From Nageia nagi (lineage: Eukaryota > Plantae > Pinophyta), in assembly GCA_050084985.1 (NCBI GenBank), contig JBITNC010000001.1, positions 41,912,001 through 41,976,000 of the forward strand: a stretch of 64,000 nucleotides of DNA, given 5' to 3'. Positions 51,230 to 64,000 of this stretch are shown in pieces (position 1 is the first letter of the stretch; every line of letters starts with the position of its first letter). Under the pieces are notes generated by a model. It saw only the letters and a program-made list of their open reading frames with translations. It searched no databases and was not told the DNA's origin. The position numbers and the translations under genes are program-made.

Positions 51230-54200
51230 AAGTTGAGAGGATTAAAAAATACATGACCTCTAAATTCAATACTCTAAATGTGGAGGATATTTCCAATCTC
51301 CACGTTGAGCTCTCTGCAAATGGAGAAGCCTAGAAAAATCTAGCAACCAAGTTGGAGATAGCGAGTGCAGAATCAAAATGGGTTCAAGTGCTCAAAGGTA
51401 AGAAGGATAGCAAACTTCCCCCTCTAGTAGATGCAGTTATTCAAGCAAAGTTTGCTGAGGAATGTGAAGGTAATTTAAATCATTGAACCTTCATGTGAGA
51501 GGCCTAAAAGATCAAGATCAAGGGGACCCAATGAAAATGACCATTGAATTTTTGCATAACACCTTAGGCCAAAAAGAAGTTCTACCAAAAAGGGTATGGT
51601 TTACATAGGATATCACTCTGATTGTGCATTTTTGCACTTTGTGAGATAGATTAGAGGCCCTTAAGTCCAAGAAAATTCTTTTTAGTCTGATTGATAAGAT
51701 TTGTCTTAATGAAGATTTTACCATATTGCAATATGAAGAATTTAAATATAATAGAAATAAAATGTTAGAAATAAGGAAACAAGGTAAATGGATTATTCTT
51801 TGGAATGGAAAAGCTTGGATTAGAGATACCCCTCCCACAAGCTAGTCAAATCCTTGGCCAATTCACTCAACATGATGTCAAGCTCTATGTCTTCGGGCTG
51901 AATTATCAATCATTATTTAGAATTATGGTGGTTCTCTTTTTTTTCCCCAAGTTCAATAGATGATGTGATACAAAATAGGGATATTACCTTCTTATAGAAA
52001 TGTATGAGACTAGCACAAAGTTTTTCCTCTTATATATAGGCTACTCATGATTTTCTATACAAATATTGAAGACTTAGCATGGTTCTAAAGGCTCGAGATA
52101 TGTTTCTTATTTATACTAAGATCACCTTTCCTCTTTTATACATTTGGAATGCTCATCTTCTCATACCATATTTATGTGGATATATTTGGATAAAAATCCA
52201 TCACTCAATCAAATCTATATATTAGTGTGCTACTCTCCTCCTTCTAATTCTTCATATCTAATGATATCAAATGGAGATTCACCATATTTAGATCTTTTTT
52301 TAGAAATTTCTAAATTCTTCACTCTCGATGATATTTTACTAGTGGGTAATTTAAATGCATGTATAGGCATTGCACAATGCTCTATATTTGATATCTCTTC
52401 AAATCCACTATGTCTAAAGGAGTTAATCATGATAGTTTCAATGTTTCTCATTGCTCAATCAATGCAAACACTATTATCACATCCTATGGTAAGCACCTAA
52501 TTAACCTTGCCAAGTCTCATGATTTAATTCTTATAAATGGTATTAAGTAGCTCCCCCTTTCCATTAATTTTACATATTTTTCATATGCTAATGGAGCTAG
52601 TATAGTTTATTATGTGATGGATAATCTACCTTTTTGCTTAACCATATCTAATTTGTGCATCTCAAATGTACCACCTTTAGAATATCATGCCTTCCTCACC
52701 TTTAACCTTCCATTTATTCCCAAATTGGAACCTTCCCCTACACACTATCCCAAAACAATTACAAAAATCCACTTTAACCATAGTTATGATGATGTATACA
52801 TAGAAAAACTTAAATCCTACCTTATCCATATTCACATAATTCAAGATCCTATTGAGAGATAAAACTATTTTTTAAAGCATTATGGTTGGCATTTTTGAGT
52901 CCTTTCCCCATACCACTCGCTCTTCCCATTAGTCCCATGGCCATTGCCCCCATAACTCATGGTTTGATATTGAAAGTAAAGCTTTACATAGGCTCACCCT
53001 TTTAGTAGGTTGTGTTGATCCTTGAGTTACAAGATAGCCCAAAACCACTACCATTCTTTTCTTAGGAAGAAAAAGTATCAATTCTTATCAAGAAAAAGAT
53101 AAGAAATTATACATATGCTCAGACTTAACCCCAGAAAATTTTGGCTTATTTTTCTATCTAAAAAGAAAAAATATATCCCATTTATTATCCTCACACTTGG
53201 TGTGTACCTATGTTGTCTCACTCTATGATATTTCAAACCATGCCCCAATTATCCCCAACCTACAACCATCACATTATAGCATCTTCACTAATGTAATAAT
53301 TTTTCCTACTATTCATAAGCTATAGACTAATAAAGTAGTTGATATTGTTTAAAATTTGAAGGAAACATTTCTTAAACATAGTCCTAGAGTCTTGGTAGCC
53401 CACATTGTAAAACTCTTCAATTATATAGTTACTCATGGGTTCCAAACCTCTTGATCTTGAAATATTATACATCTTATCCATAAATCTAAAGACCTACTAA
53501 ACTCAAGAAATTATAGAAGTATTATTTTTTGCCATACTCTTGCAAAAAATTTGAAATAGTTCTTGATATTTTTATATTTGAATTTGTTGAGACTAGAAAA
53601 CTTCATGAAAAGGGATAGAAAGGTTTCAAAAGAAATCATTCTACCTATGATCACATTCTAACCCTTAGAGCTATCATTGAAGAAGCCAAAGAAAAATAAA
53701 TCTAGGGTATATTGTAATTTTGTATACTTTTGAAAAGTATTTGATATCGTTCCTAAATAGTTATTGCCTCATAGGTTGAAGGATTTAGGAATTCTAGAGG
53801 AGGTTACTTTTTTGGTTATGACCTTATATGAAAAATTCATTAGATAGGTTAAAATTGGATATATTAGCACATAAGATGTTCATAGTATTATTAGGGGTTA
53901 AACAAGACTAACCACTTTCACCTACACTCTTTAGATTGTATATTGATGAATTGGAGGTGTTTATTATGTACTTCTTGGATAAGAATACAAGTTACTTTTT
54001 GGTAGTGTTATTACAATTTTTTTATGTTCTAATGATATTATTCTAATTTCATACATAGCAATAGGATCTCAACAACAACTAGATATACTTGGCACTTACT
54101 TTGACTTACATGGATTAGAAGTTAATCTCTAGAAAACAAAGATTATGACATTTGACCTACCCAAGAAGTATCTCTCTTTTATTTATATCACATATAAAGG

Positions 54201-55440
54201 GAAGGCTTTTGAGATTATCACATCATACACATATTTGGGATTTCTTTTCATAGAACCTACCTTCAACATGATCCATGCATCTCAAGCAAGGTTAAATAAA
54301 GGGTATGTTGCCTTAGCCTCTTTGGATAAGCAATGATTTTAGATCTAGGTTTAGGACCTCGTATGAATATCAGATAATTTCACACTCTTATCACCCCCAC
54401 ATTACTCTATGGTTGTTAAATTTGGGGCCCTAGCCTCAAATAGTAGGTTGATCTTGTATTGAAAGGTTACTCATCTCAACTTGTCTAATTCATTAATTCC
54501 GAAGGAAATATTCCACATTTGATCATTGTATCTACGTTTGGTGCTCACCCATTATTTACAATAATATTATTTCATGTTATCTCTTTACTATGTAGATTCC
54601 ATTGTATATTAGATATGAGAAGATATTATATTTAGCACTACAATCCTCTATACAATTGGCCAATCAAGGGGTCAAGAATTGTTGGTATGCTCAAACTACT
54701 GCTCTACTTCAATCTCTTGGCTTATACATCATGAGACCTCCCCCTACTAAGTCATCAATCAATACCCCATATTCCAATAAGATATTTGAGATGATATCTA
54801 CTCAAAATACATAAAAACTACTTGGACTAATGCAAAGGAACCTCTTTCACTAAAATTGCTCCTTTACTCTCACTTTTATCTACAACTAGATAATGGATTG
54901 ATCACTACTCTATAATATATATTGAAATAGATATTACATAAGCTCAAATATCATCTAACTTAGCTACAAGTTCACTCCCACCAATTGTGTATTAAGATAG
55001 ATCATCACCTCCTTAGAGATCAGCATAGTTGCAAATTATGCAATCTTGATGTGGAATTCGAGGAGCATTTCATTTCACTTTTCCTCTCTACTATGAGATA
55101 TGAGGTAGATATTATTACTTATTTGAAGACACTCATACACTAAAGTCTTAGATTAATTATGAAGACCAGATATCCATTTTCCTCTTCATCCAAAAATTAT
55201 TCAATCTTATGAAAAGAACTACTTAGTAATAGTTTATAGAAAATAATAGGATCCCAACTTATCACTTCCTTCTTCTAGTCTCTAGAAACCATGACCAGGA
55301 AATATCAGGATAACCACAAAGATACAACAAGAATATTTCAACATTAACTCTAACAAAGACCATCTATGATGACATCAAACTCTTATATCACTCACTTCTT
55401 TGCACCATTTAATGTTGGGATAAATCTTTGATTTATAAAC
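51230..55440 (+). mobile_element. Decayed non-L1 LINE (RTE-X/L2-like): short ORF1 plus APE-RT ORF2
   Basis: ORF1 ends ICLNEDFT...RKQGKWIILWNGKAWIRD; APE region ILVCYSPP...ILLVGNLNA; RT IHKSKD..NSRNYRSI, GFKRNHSTYDHILTLRAIIEE, PLSPTLF.LYIDEL, LEVNL*KTKIMTF, YTYLGFLF; C-terminal CKLCNLDVEFEEHF. Confidence 0.8.
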
Positions 55441-56149
55441 CTTATATATCTTTTTTTTTGGTAGTTTAAAATGCATTATATTATATAAAAGATGTTATAC
55501 ATGGTAAAATAAAATAGAATAGCAAAATAACATATAATACAACTTAGAGACTCTCACATCTCATCTCAAGATGAATTTGACAAAAGAGGGATCATCTAGA
55601 AAGATAAAAGGATTCTTGCTACTAGGATCCATAAAATTGATTAATAGTGTCTCAAGGTTGGGGAGATCTCCATGAATAATCCTCATAATGACCTAAGTTG
55701 TGCATAGAAAAGGCTATGGAACTCCATTTCTAAAAAAAAAAACCTTTGATTAGTGTGGGATCAAGGGTGTTTGATTCCATGGCTAGCCAAAGATGATTCA
55801 ATTAGATGCATAACTTATCCCATATCTTCTCCAATGGTGATTGGGACCCTGCTCAAACCGAACATTCCACAGAAGCATTATTAGGGAAGCTAACCAAACC
55901 ACCATGGGAAATTCATGAGGGAAGGGATGATTCCAAGAGAGTAAAAGATCTCTCATTGTCTGAGGCATAACCCATTAGATGCCAAAAATAGAGAATAGGC
56001 AGTTCTAGAGTATAGATGAGAACTCACAATGTAAGAGTAAGTGAGGACCCAACTTAGGATTTTTCCACACATAACATAGGTTGATATCTCAGGTCATCCT
56101 TAGTGAAATAGCTATTCTCTTGACAAAATTTTATCATGTATAGAGGCCC

Positions 56150-59100
56150 AATGGAAAACTTTACTTTATGCCAAGCCTTGGAAGACCAAGCTAGCTTCTA
56201 GACCTTGGGGAAAATTTGAAGTACTAAGGTTTGAGAATGCCTTATAATCAAAGCTCATAGAGAAAGCTCCTAAAGGTGTTAATGACCAAGCTAGGTTATC
56301 CATTCCGTTAGGCTTCATTGATAAAGTGAAAGTTGAGAATCCAAGTCTATGTATGCATTTTGTAGATTTGGTGGCATAGTGTCTAAGAGCTACCATTTCT
56401 TTTTTCCCACCCCATCTGAGTCTGACCATTACCATAATCCTAAACTAACTCATCCTATTTCTTAGACAAGTGCTCCTTCAGTTTGGCAAGATTAGGAAGA
56501 TCTGCAAGGGTATGATCTACTAGCCAAGTATCATACCAAAAGTGAGTCTTAGTACCTATGATAGGTATCCCCTTGAGAAACTATATGATAGGTAGTCATA
56601 TCTTTTTTATCCCATTCCAAACCACCAAACCAATAGGGGTGTCTATCTAGAAAGCATTATTTCTCCTCCAGGTACTTTTTTTTATGATGAATAACCAAAG
56701 TTCTATGGGGTTCATCCCTATAAAAGAGTCTATGTCAAGATAGACCTCTTGAAGAATTTAAGAGACCATCTACTACTGAAGGTTGGGTAGTTCACATCCT
56801 ATTAGTGATTAATCTATATCAACCTATCAAATACTTATTATCATTTCCATTCAGGTGATCACAAGATCTAGGATTTCCCTCGTATGGAAGAAAAATTCAA
56901 CCCTAACATCTAATGGCTAATACACTTTCCATTCAATGCTAACTTCAAATCCCCAACTATCTCTTAAGGCCACAATAAATAATAGGAATGGAGCCTCATT
57001 AGGATAATGAATTTTGATGTGGATGAAAAATCATAATCTAAAATAATAAGCTAGGCAACAACTAGTTGCTCCACCTCATGGAAATATTTCCTTAGCTCGT
57101 CCATAGCCTCCTATAGTTCACCCCTAGCAATCACCTTTATCTTACACTCCCACTTCCTCCCATGTAACTATTTCTAGCTCCATGCCCTTATGTTCCCTTT
57201 CAAAAACCAATTATAAAGTAGCTTTGATGCATCTAAGTAGGTCTTGTAGTCCTCTTGGAATACTTTCATCTTCTCTTCAAGATAAACATCCCTTAAGTGT
57301 GTTTGCAAGTTCCAATCATGCCACCTTCCTCGAAAACCCATATTCCTCTCTTAAGGATTTGGGATACACTATGGATTTTGATGTAGAGGATCTTAATATA
57401 GAGGATTTTGATGGTGATATGCACCTAAAATCTTCTTAATGAATTACATATCATGGAATATCAAAGGACTAACGAACCTAGTTTGAAAATATTCAATCTA
57501 TAGTGAAATTGAAAAAGTTGTTCAAGAATATAAGAAGCTTAATTTTCTTTATCTATAAGAAGCTAAAATATTTAATTTTAACTTAGAATGTTCTAGTTTA
57601 TTTTTATGGCCAAAAAACTCTTTCTATACTACCAATCATTGCCAAGTTAGAGATAAAGCCATCATAATCATTCCTCCAAAGTGGAACTCATAGTTAATCT
57701 CTTGGGGAATGGACCCATCAAGTCAAGCAATATGCAAGCTCTTTGATTTTGATAGGGATCCTTTTGGAATTGTTAATGTTTACACCACCAATCAAGGACT
57801 TGAGAGGTGCAATCTTTGGTATTGATTGGCTTTATCTTTATCACAAGTAGTTTGGCATTTCTATGGTTATTTCAACATGGTTGAGAAACTAGAAGATAAG
57901 ATAGGAAGACTTCCCATGTGATGGTATATGGGTGGGAGGGATTCCTATTTCTTTCTAAGAAAATAAGCATAGACTTATCAACCTCATTTCTTTTCATACC
58001 CCTCAAAGAACTTCCCAGATTCTATCTAGTTTACTTGGTCTAACTTCCAATTTGAGGGAGATAAAGTCCTAAAAAGATTAGATAGAGCTATGCTCTTTGA
58101 GTATGTTGGATTTTCTTTCCAAAATACATCCTCAAGTTCCCCCTTTACCATGTTATTCTAGTAAACACCATCTATGATAATTTGTAAAAAAAAATCACAA
58201 TAGCCCTAGTACAACACCATCTTAGAATCTTTCATTCTCATTTTTTATCTTAATGTCTCTTTCGTATACCACCCTACTACTATTTTTTATACTTGTAAGG
58301 TCTAAAATTTGATTCCATGACCTATTGGAACCATAGGATGGATTGAATGATGGAATTATGCTATCTTCAAAATAATTACAATTTTGAGAATCTTGGAAGT
58401 CAAGCTTGCTAAAATTCATAAGCACTCCATAAATGCACTCAAAAATGAGTATGGAAGTCCTTCTCTCTAGTTAAAATCCAATCATTAGAGTACTCAACTC
58501 CAACAACATGTTGTTGCAATAAGGCATTAGCTAAGAAAAGTTGAGCTTTATGAAGCTAAGGAGGCTCAAATTTAAGCCTGCTCACACTAGCTACATATTG
58601 GGGATAAGGTCACTAAAGAATTATTTTAAAGATTAAGGCCACCTAGAATGACTACTCAATTCAAGGCCATAATGGATGAGGATGAGAGAATTACAAACCC
58701 TCCTAATATTACTCATACCTTTGTTAAGCATTACTAATAAGTCTTTGCCTCAAAACCACTTACTCTAAAAAGACAAGAAGCCTTAGTATAATGCTATGAA
58801 GTTATCCCTATCAAAATCTCAAGGTATTAAAGAGAGGAATGTGAGTACCTTCTCACTATTGAGGATCTCAAATCGCTCTTTCATGTATGATGAACGAAAA
58901 TATCTTAGACTTGATGGTTTCTTCTATGAATTTTACAAGGAATTCTAGGATGTGGTTAGCCCAAATCTTTTATGTGTCTATCATGAAACCTTTGCTATTG
59001 GCTCATTAAGAGATATTATAAACAAAGGGAATATTAAGCTCATCCCTAAGTTTGGAAATCTTAAGCTTATCACTAGATGGAGACCTATCACTTTATTAAA

Positions 59101-62100
59101 TATTAGCTACAAAATCATAGCTAAAGCCTTAGCTTTAAGACTCAGACCTTTATTACCTCAAATTGTTTGCCCTGAACAAAAATGCTTCATTTAGAGTTGA
59201 TAAATTTTTGAAAAATATCATTTTAGTTTGGGAAGGTATGGAATGGGCTCAAGATTCTTAGAAGAATACCTTATTTATAAAAATTGATTTTGAGAAACCA
59301 TATGATAAAATTGAGTGGTCTTTTATACTTGTAATGATCGAGGCTCTTGGCATTGGCCCTAGTTTCATTAGTTTAGTTAAGATGCTTTTCTCCAATGCTT
59401 TAGTAGATATTACCCTTAATGGTAATCAGATAATTCCTTTTAGGTTATGCAGATTGATTAAATAAGGGTTCCCTTTAGCTACCTCTCTTTATGTGTTAGT
59501 TGCTGAAGCATTTGGCTATTTGCTTGCTTGTAAGGCCTCCCAAGGGATTCTCTATGGTATCTCTCTTCCTATAAATCAAGGGAAGCTCATCAATGGTCAC
59601 TTTGTAGATGATTCTTTCCTCACTTTAAGTGAAGCTTAATCTTTTATCTAATAATATTTCTCTTATTTGGACATATTCTACAAATCTTCTAGCTCTAGTA
59701 TTCAATGGAATAAAAATTCTTGTTATAGATAATGTGTGATAATTTTTCCCAATTAGCTTTTATAGTATCAATGAAAATGGATTTAACCAAGAGAAGTATT
59801 CAAATTCTTAGGTATTCCATATGCTTTCTAAGCCACCCCATCCCAGTTATGCTCTCATGTGATTCATTGAGTGGAAAAAAGGCTTTCTTACTAGATTTCC
59901 AAAAAGATTTAATTACTAGGGAAATTTCAAATTTGTTATAAATCCTTTTCTCCACTCATGTTTATTATTCATCTTATTGGGTCCCCTCCCAATCCTACTA
60001 CAAGAAGTTGAAAAAGCTACTTAGAGATTTTTTATGGACTAATAACAAAGAAATAAATGGATTTCATCGAGTTGCATGGGAATTATGTTGTCTTCCTAAG
60101 CATTCTGGAGACATGGACATTTTTTATTTCCAAAGATAAGGCTATATGTTGAGTGTTAAGTGGATTATCAGAGCATTCCAAGGCTCTGAATCTTGAAAAA
60201 ATATTATCATATATGATATTTCTCAAGGTCTCCCTTTTGGTAAGAAAGCTTGAAAATATGGATTTTCCATCCATCATTATCGCCCCTACCATATAAAAAC
60301 TAGTGGTTCTTTTGTTTTCAAAAGCATATAGAAATCTTGGGAAGCTATCAACCCATGGTTTACTTGGAAAGGTGGTTGCAAGCACAAAGGCACTCTTCTT
60401 TCTCATCTCAATGTCTAATGATCTCCCATCATTAAGCTGCAAAATTTGCCTTTGGCCAATGTTCAATGGATTAGAGCTAAAATAATTTACAAAAAAAGGC
60501 ATTACCTTTATGTATTATTTTTTTAACCAAAATTATAGAAGCTAGATTTCCTAGGATATTATTAAAGATAAATTTTTCTTATAACCCAAGGATAAGGAAA
60601 CTTATGAGTTTATACTTAATTGTATATCATTTAGCCTTTAGTCTAAGATGGGTCAGCATGCCCAATGTCCATGGTGTATAGAATGGAAAAAGCTTAAAGA
60701 TGTTTCTATTCTTTCATACAAAATAAACATAGGATACGGTTGGCAATTGCTAAACCTTTTGATGATGCTTATGCTCAATGAAAGTTAGAATATTCTCTCT
60801 TCATAGGAGAATTGGAAGTTGTGATTTAAATTATTATGGGCCATGTATTTAGAAACTAAGCAAGCTTTTTTTATCTAGAGCCTAATTTTTCAAGGTCTTC
60901 AAGTAGGACATTGACTAAGGCATCTAGGTGTAGAAAATTCATTGTGTCCCTTATACAATTCAGAGGAAACCTTTATGCACATTTTTGGCTTTTTGAAAAA
61001 ACCAGTAAAGACTAGCAATGGATGAAGTCTTTTTACAACCCATTTCTTAAGCAGTTGTTAACATGGCTACATAATCTTCTTGGGTATCCTTCAAATTATT
61101 TGAAAATCTATAAGATATTTGAAATATGTTTAGAATTAGAATTCTTTTTCATTTATGGAAAGAAAGAAATGCAATAGTTTTTTTTAGCAAGCTCCCTTCT
61201 ATGGATATTTTGCTAGTTGATAAGCTAATTGTATTTCATGATATTTGGTTCTAGATTATTGATCAAGTTAACAAGATTACATTAGAATTCAAGCACCTCT
61301 AAGAGCTCCATAACCATTAGGGGAATTTTCTATATTTTCTTAGTTAGATTTCACTAAAAACCACTACCCTAAAGTGCTCATGCTTGAGAAAGCATCATCA
61401 CCTACCCCCTCATGAGTGATATCAAAGCTTTTTGCATGTAATTCAAATACCATAGTTAGATAAAGGAGCACATTTATATCCAACAATGCATACTCAAATG
61501 AGAGATTCTTGACCAACCTCCCCTTTACACTGCTTAGGGTGCGATAATCATTTGATATCCTCACATCATAATGAAAATTAGGGAGATCATCCTAATGATT
61601 AATGGGATGACCAAACTCAAGTTGGTGGTAGTAGATGGCCATCAGTTACAAGTGGAAATGGATGGTATACCACTCCAAATGAGGAATATTTAGTTGTGGA
61701 TGGATTGATTTCAACATCTTTTGCTACCATTAAACCCATAACTAGTATTTATCTTGATTGGTGAGAGATTTAGGACATCCTTATTCAAACCCACTAGCTA
61801 TGTATCTCATGCAATATTTAGAATCATAATGAGGAATTTAATGTGCATGATCATATCAGTGAGGAATTTGATGACATTCCCTTGGCACTTGCACCACCAG
61901 CTAACCCCTCTCGTCCTTTAGTTAATAATCAAATGTTGATGGTAATCATCTTTTTCATAGGTACGTATTGCATCACATGATGATTTATGTGGTTTAATAC
62001 ATAGTTTAGTTTCCCTATGGATTGGTTGTTGTACCATAAGTTGTGGTGGTTTTTTATTTTTGATGCCATGATGTGAGGTGGATTTTTTAAATCCTACCAT

Positions 62101-62237
62101 GTGTTAGGAAGTGTGTAGTTGATGTGTCCTCTTTTGCTGTTATATACAATTGCATAAGGGATGTGATTTTTTCCCTCCCTTTTATGTTTTTATGATCTAT
62201 GATTTTATTAATATAAGGCTTAATCATTCAAAAAAAT
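56150..62237 (+). mobile_element. Near full-length decayed L1-type LINE (ORF1, ORF2 APE-RT, long 3' region, A tail)
   Basis: ORF1 remnant ~56200-56900; MNYISWNIKGL at 57439; KRLDR at ~58075; INKGNIKLIPK...WRPITLLNISYKIIAKALALRL; FVDDS at ~59600; TTCAAAAAAA tail at ~62228-62237. Confidence 0.9.
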
Positions 62238-62589
62238 ATATTTCTTATGGGAGGTGGATTGATGAATTGTAAATAAATCTATATTTTATTTATCAAATAA
62301 AATGAATAATTTTATTTTTTTATTTTGTTAGAGGCTAACCCTTATGGGGAGTGTAATATTAGAATTAGATTTCATGTATATTGGGTTCTCTTTCAACAAA
62401 TTCACCTGAATTCACAAGTCACATTGGACCACATTCATAACACTTAACAACCATTAATTGAATTTACCATCTTCGCATCATATGGAGGAAAAATTGAAGT
62501 GAAACCTCATTTTTCATAAAATGAATAATTTTTATAATAAATATCAAATTTTAATTTTAATCTTTATTATAAAAATTACCCACTTTATG

Positions 62590-63392
62590 AAAAGTTAATT
62601 TCTATAAATAAAATTCTTACTTTCACCTATTTGTATTAATGATGTTATAATCCTTCAAATAAAGTACACTTTTTTAAAAAATTACATATTTTAAATATTG
62701 AAAATTATTATCTCGATTATTTAAAATAAGATTAATACTCTCATTTATTTTTAAGAATATATGAATTTGTTAATAAAAACTAATTATTAGTTTACTAGAA
62801 ATCCAAGGCATCTTATTGTTAATACTTGTGTTCAATCTATCATTATCCTCTTATATTTGTGTGGAGAATTGTATGAAAAATATTATATTTATAACATCTA
62901 TGATATTTAAATAATATATACTTATATTAACTTATAAATATATACATAAATCTACATCATATATTCTTTTAAGAATTTAATTTTATTTAAAATTATTATA
63001 TATATATATATCCTAAGCTGCTTTATGCACACACACTCTCAAGTTGGAACCTGAGACCTGACCAACTAGTCGGTGTATAAGTGGTAGGCCCGAGGCCCCA
63101 TCACTATGCCACCCCCACTGGGGCTATTATCGACATATTTATAAATCAAACTAATATCATCTTCAAGTTTTGCTTTTAATTTGAAAGAAAAATAGTAATA
63201 TCCACATCATAGTGAAATTTACTACTTGTAAATGAATGTACTACAAACTAAATATATTTATAATTAAAATTTATATATTAAACTGATAACATATATCTTT
63301 AAATTTATATATTTCAAATTATTATACTATTTACATATTTATAAATTAAATTAACATCATCTTGAAGTTTTTCTTTTAATTTGAAAGAAAGA
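62590..63392 (-). repeat. Inverted copy of the BAHD far-upstream region (~13500-14195)
   Basis: 62641 GATGTTATAATCCTTCAAATAAAGTACAC is the reverse complement of ~14123-14151; matches continue into the AT-rich tandem units. Confidence 0.88.
63000..63124 (-). mobile_element. Short tRNA-derived SINE-like insertion
   Basis: GC-rich insert absent from the homologous site at ~13770-13800; minus-strand A-box-like TGGCATAGTGATGG (63111-63098) and B-box-like GGTTCCAACTT (63051-63041); (TA)n tail; flanked by TATTAT on both sides. Confidence 0.55.
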
Positions 63393-64000
63393 AAGAAATT
63401 ATATTAGTGTCCTTAGGTGACCAAAAGCAATCAATGGGACTAGAGTGAACAATATAGGATCAGATGCAAGCAAACCCTTACTAGGCTTCCTTTAAAATAA
63501 ATAAAATAAAAAGCCTAATCAAAGCTAGTACAACTATATAAGAGAAGACTCAAACCCTAAGGAATGGGTGGTACAAAATTCATGATATCCAAGAGGTTAT
63601 CTTGAGAGGCCCTCATGGCTCTATCGAAAAGATTAATACTAGAGAAAAAAGAAGTAATCTATTGCACCCTCAGTGTGGTTTGGGTAACCTGAATGCATCT
63701 CTTGATGTGACAAAGAGGTAGTGGCTACTCATCTTGATGCCTCTAATGAGACCCATCTCGGGAAGAGGCTCTAAAAAATATGTGATTTATCAATCCTCCT
63801 TGGGTTGCTATGTACGTACTAAGAGGTGCTTCTAAAGAAGGAAGATATCTTGAAAGTAAAGGGTCAGGCAATGTTTATTTGCATATCACATGAAGGTGGC
63901 TAGTGAATTGTGAGCATCCCAAAAAGGAAATGGTAACAACCTTTGATCTCATAGTAGAACAAGCATTTGAAAACAAAATGCTACTCATTGAACTTGATCT

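Noticed and set aside
14617-62100. Numerous 60-100 aa hydrophobic ORFs in the ORF track
   Set aside because: AT-rich chance ORFs or antisense/off-frame pieces of decayed TEs.

Overview
Eukaryotic, AT-rich, TE-dense nuclear DNA from a large plant genome, probably a gymnosperm (inferred from the TE families and the pervasive CG/CHG C-to-T decay). The only host gene is a two-exon, minus-strand BAHD acyltransferase of the DCR/PEL3-like clade (11358->9218). It has the HXXXDG and DFGWG motifs and the conserved Q intron, but exon 2 carries three single-base indels. Several relics of sister copies surround it: a 3' exon fragment (3.9-4.2 kb), a CpG-retaining 'ghost' copy with intron and upstream DNA but almost no coding sequence (48.4-50.5 kb), and an inverted copy of the far-upstream region (62.6-63.4 kb). 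The rest is degraded, nested TEs: a full-length CRM-like Gypsy (20709-27630), Tat/Ogre and Copia remnants, L1 LINEs, an RTE-X-like LINE and a short SINE-like insertion. The most unusual element is a 17.2-kb TIR DNA transposon (29523-46737). It has 32-bp GGG-initiated TIRs, a 4-bp TSD, an intron-containing Sola(2)-like DDD transposase and convergent accessory genes. Removing it restores the reading frame of the gag gene it interrupted. All alignments and translations outside the ORF track were done by eye, so TE boundaries are approximate unless a TSD or terminus is cited.
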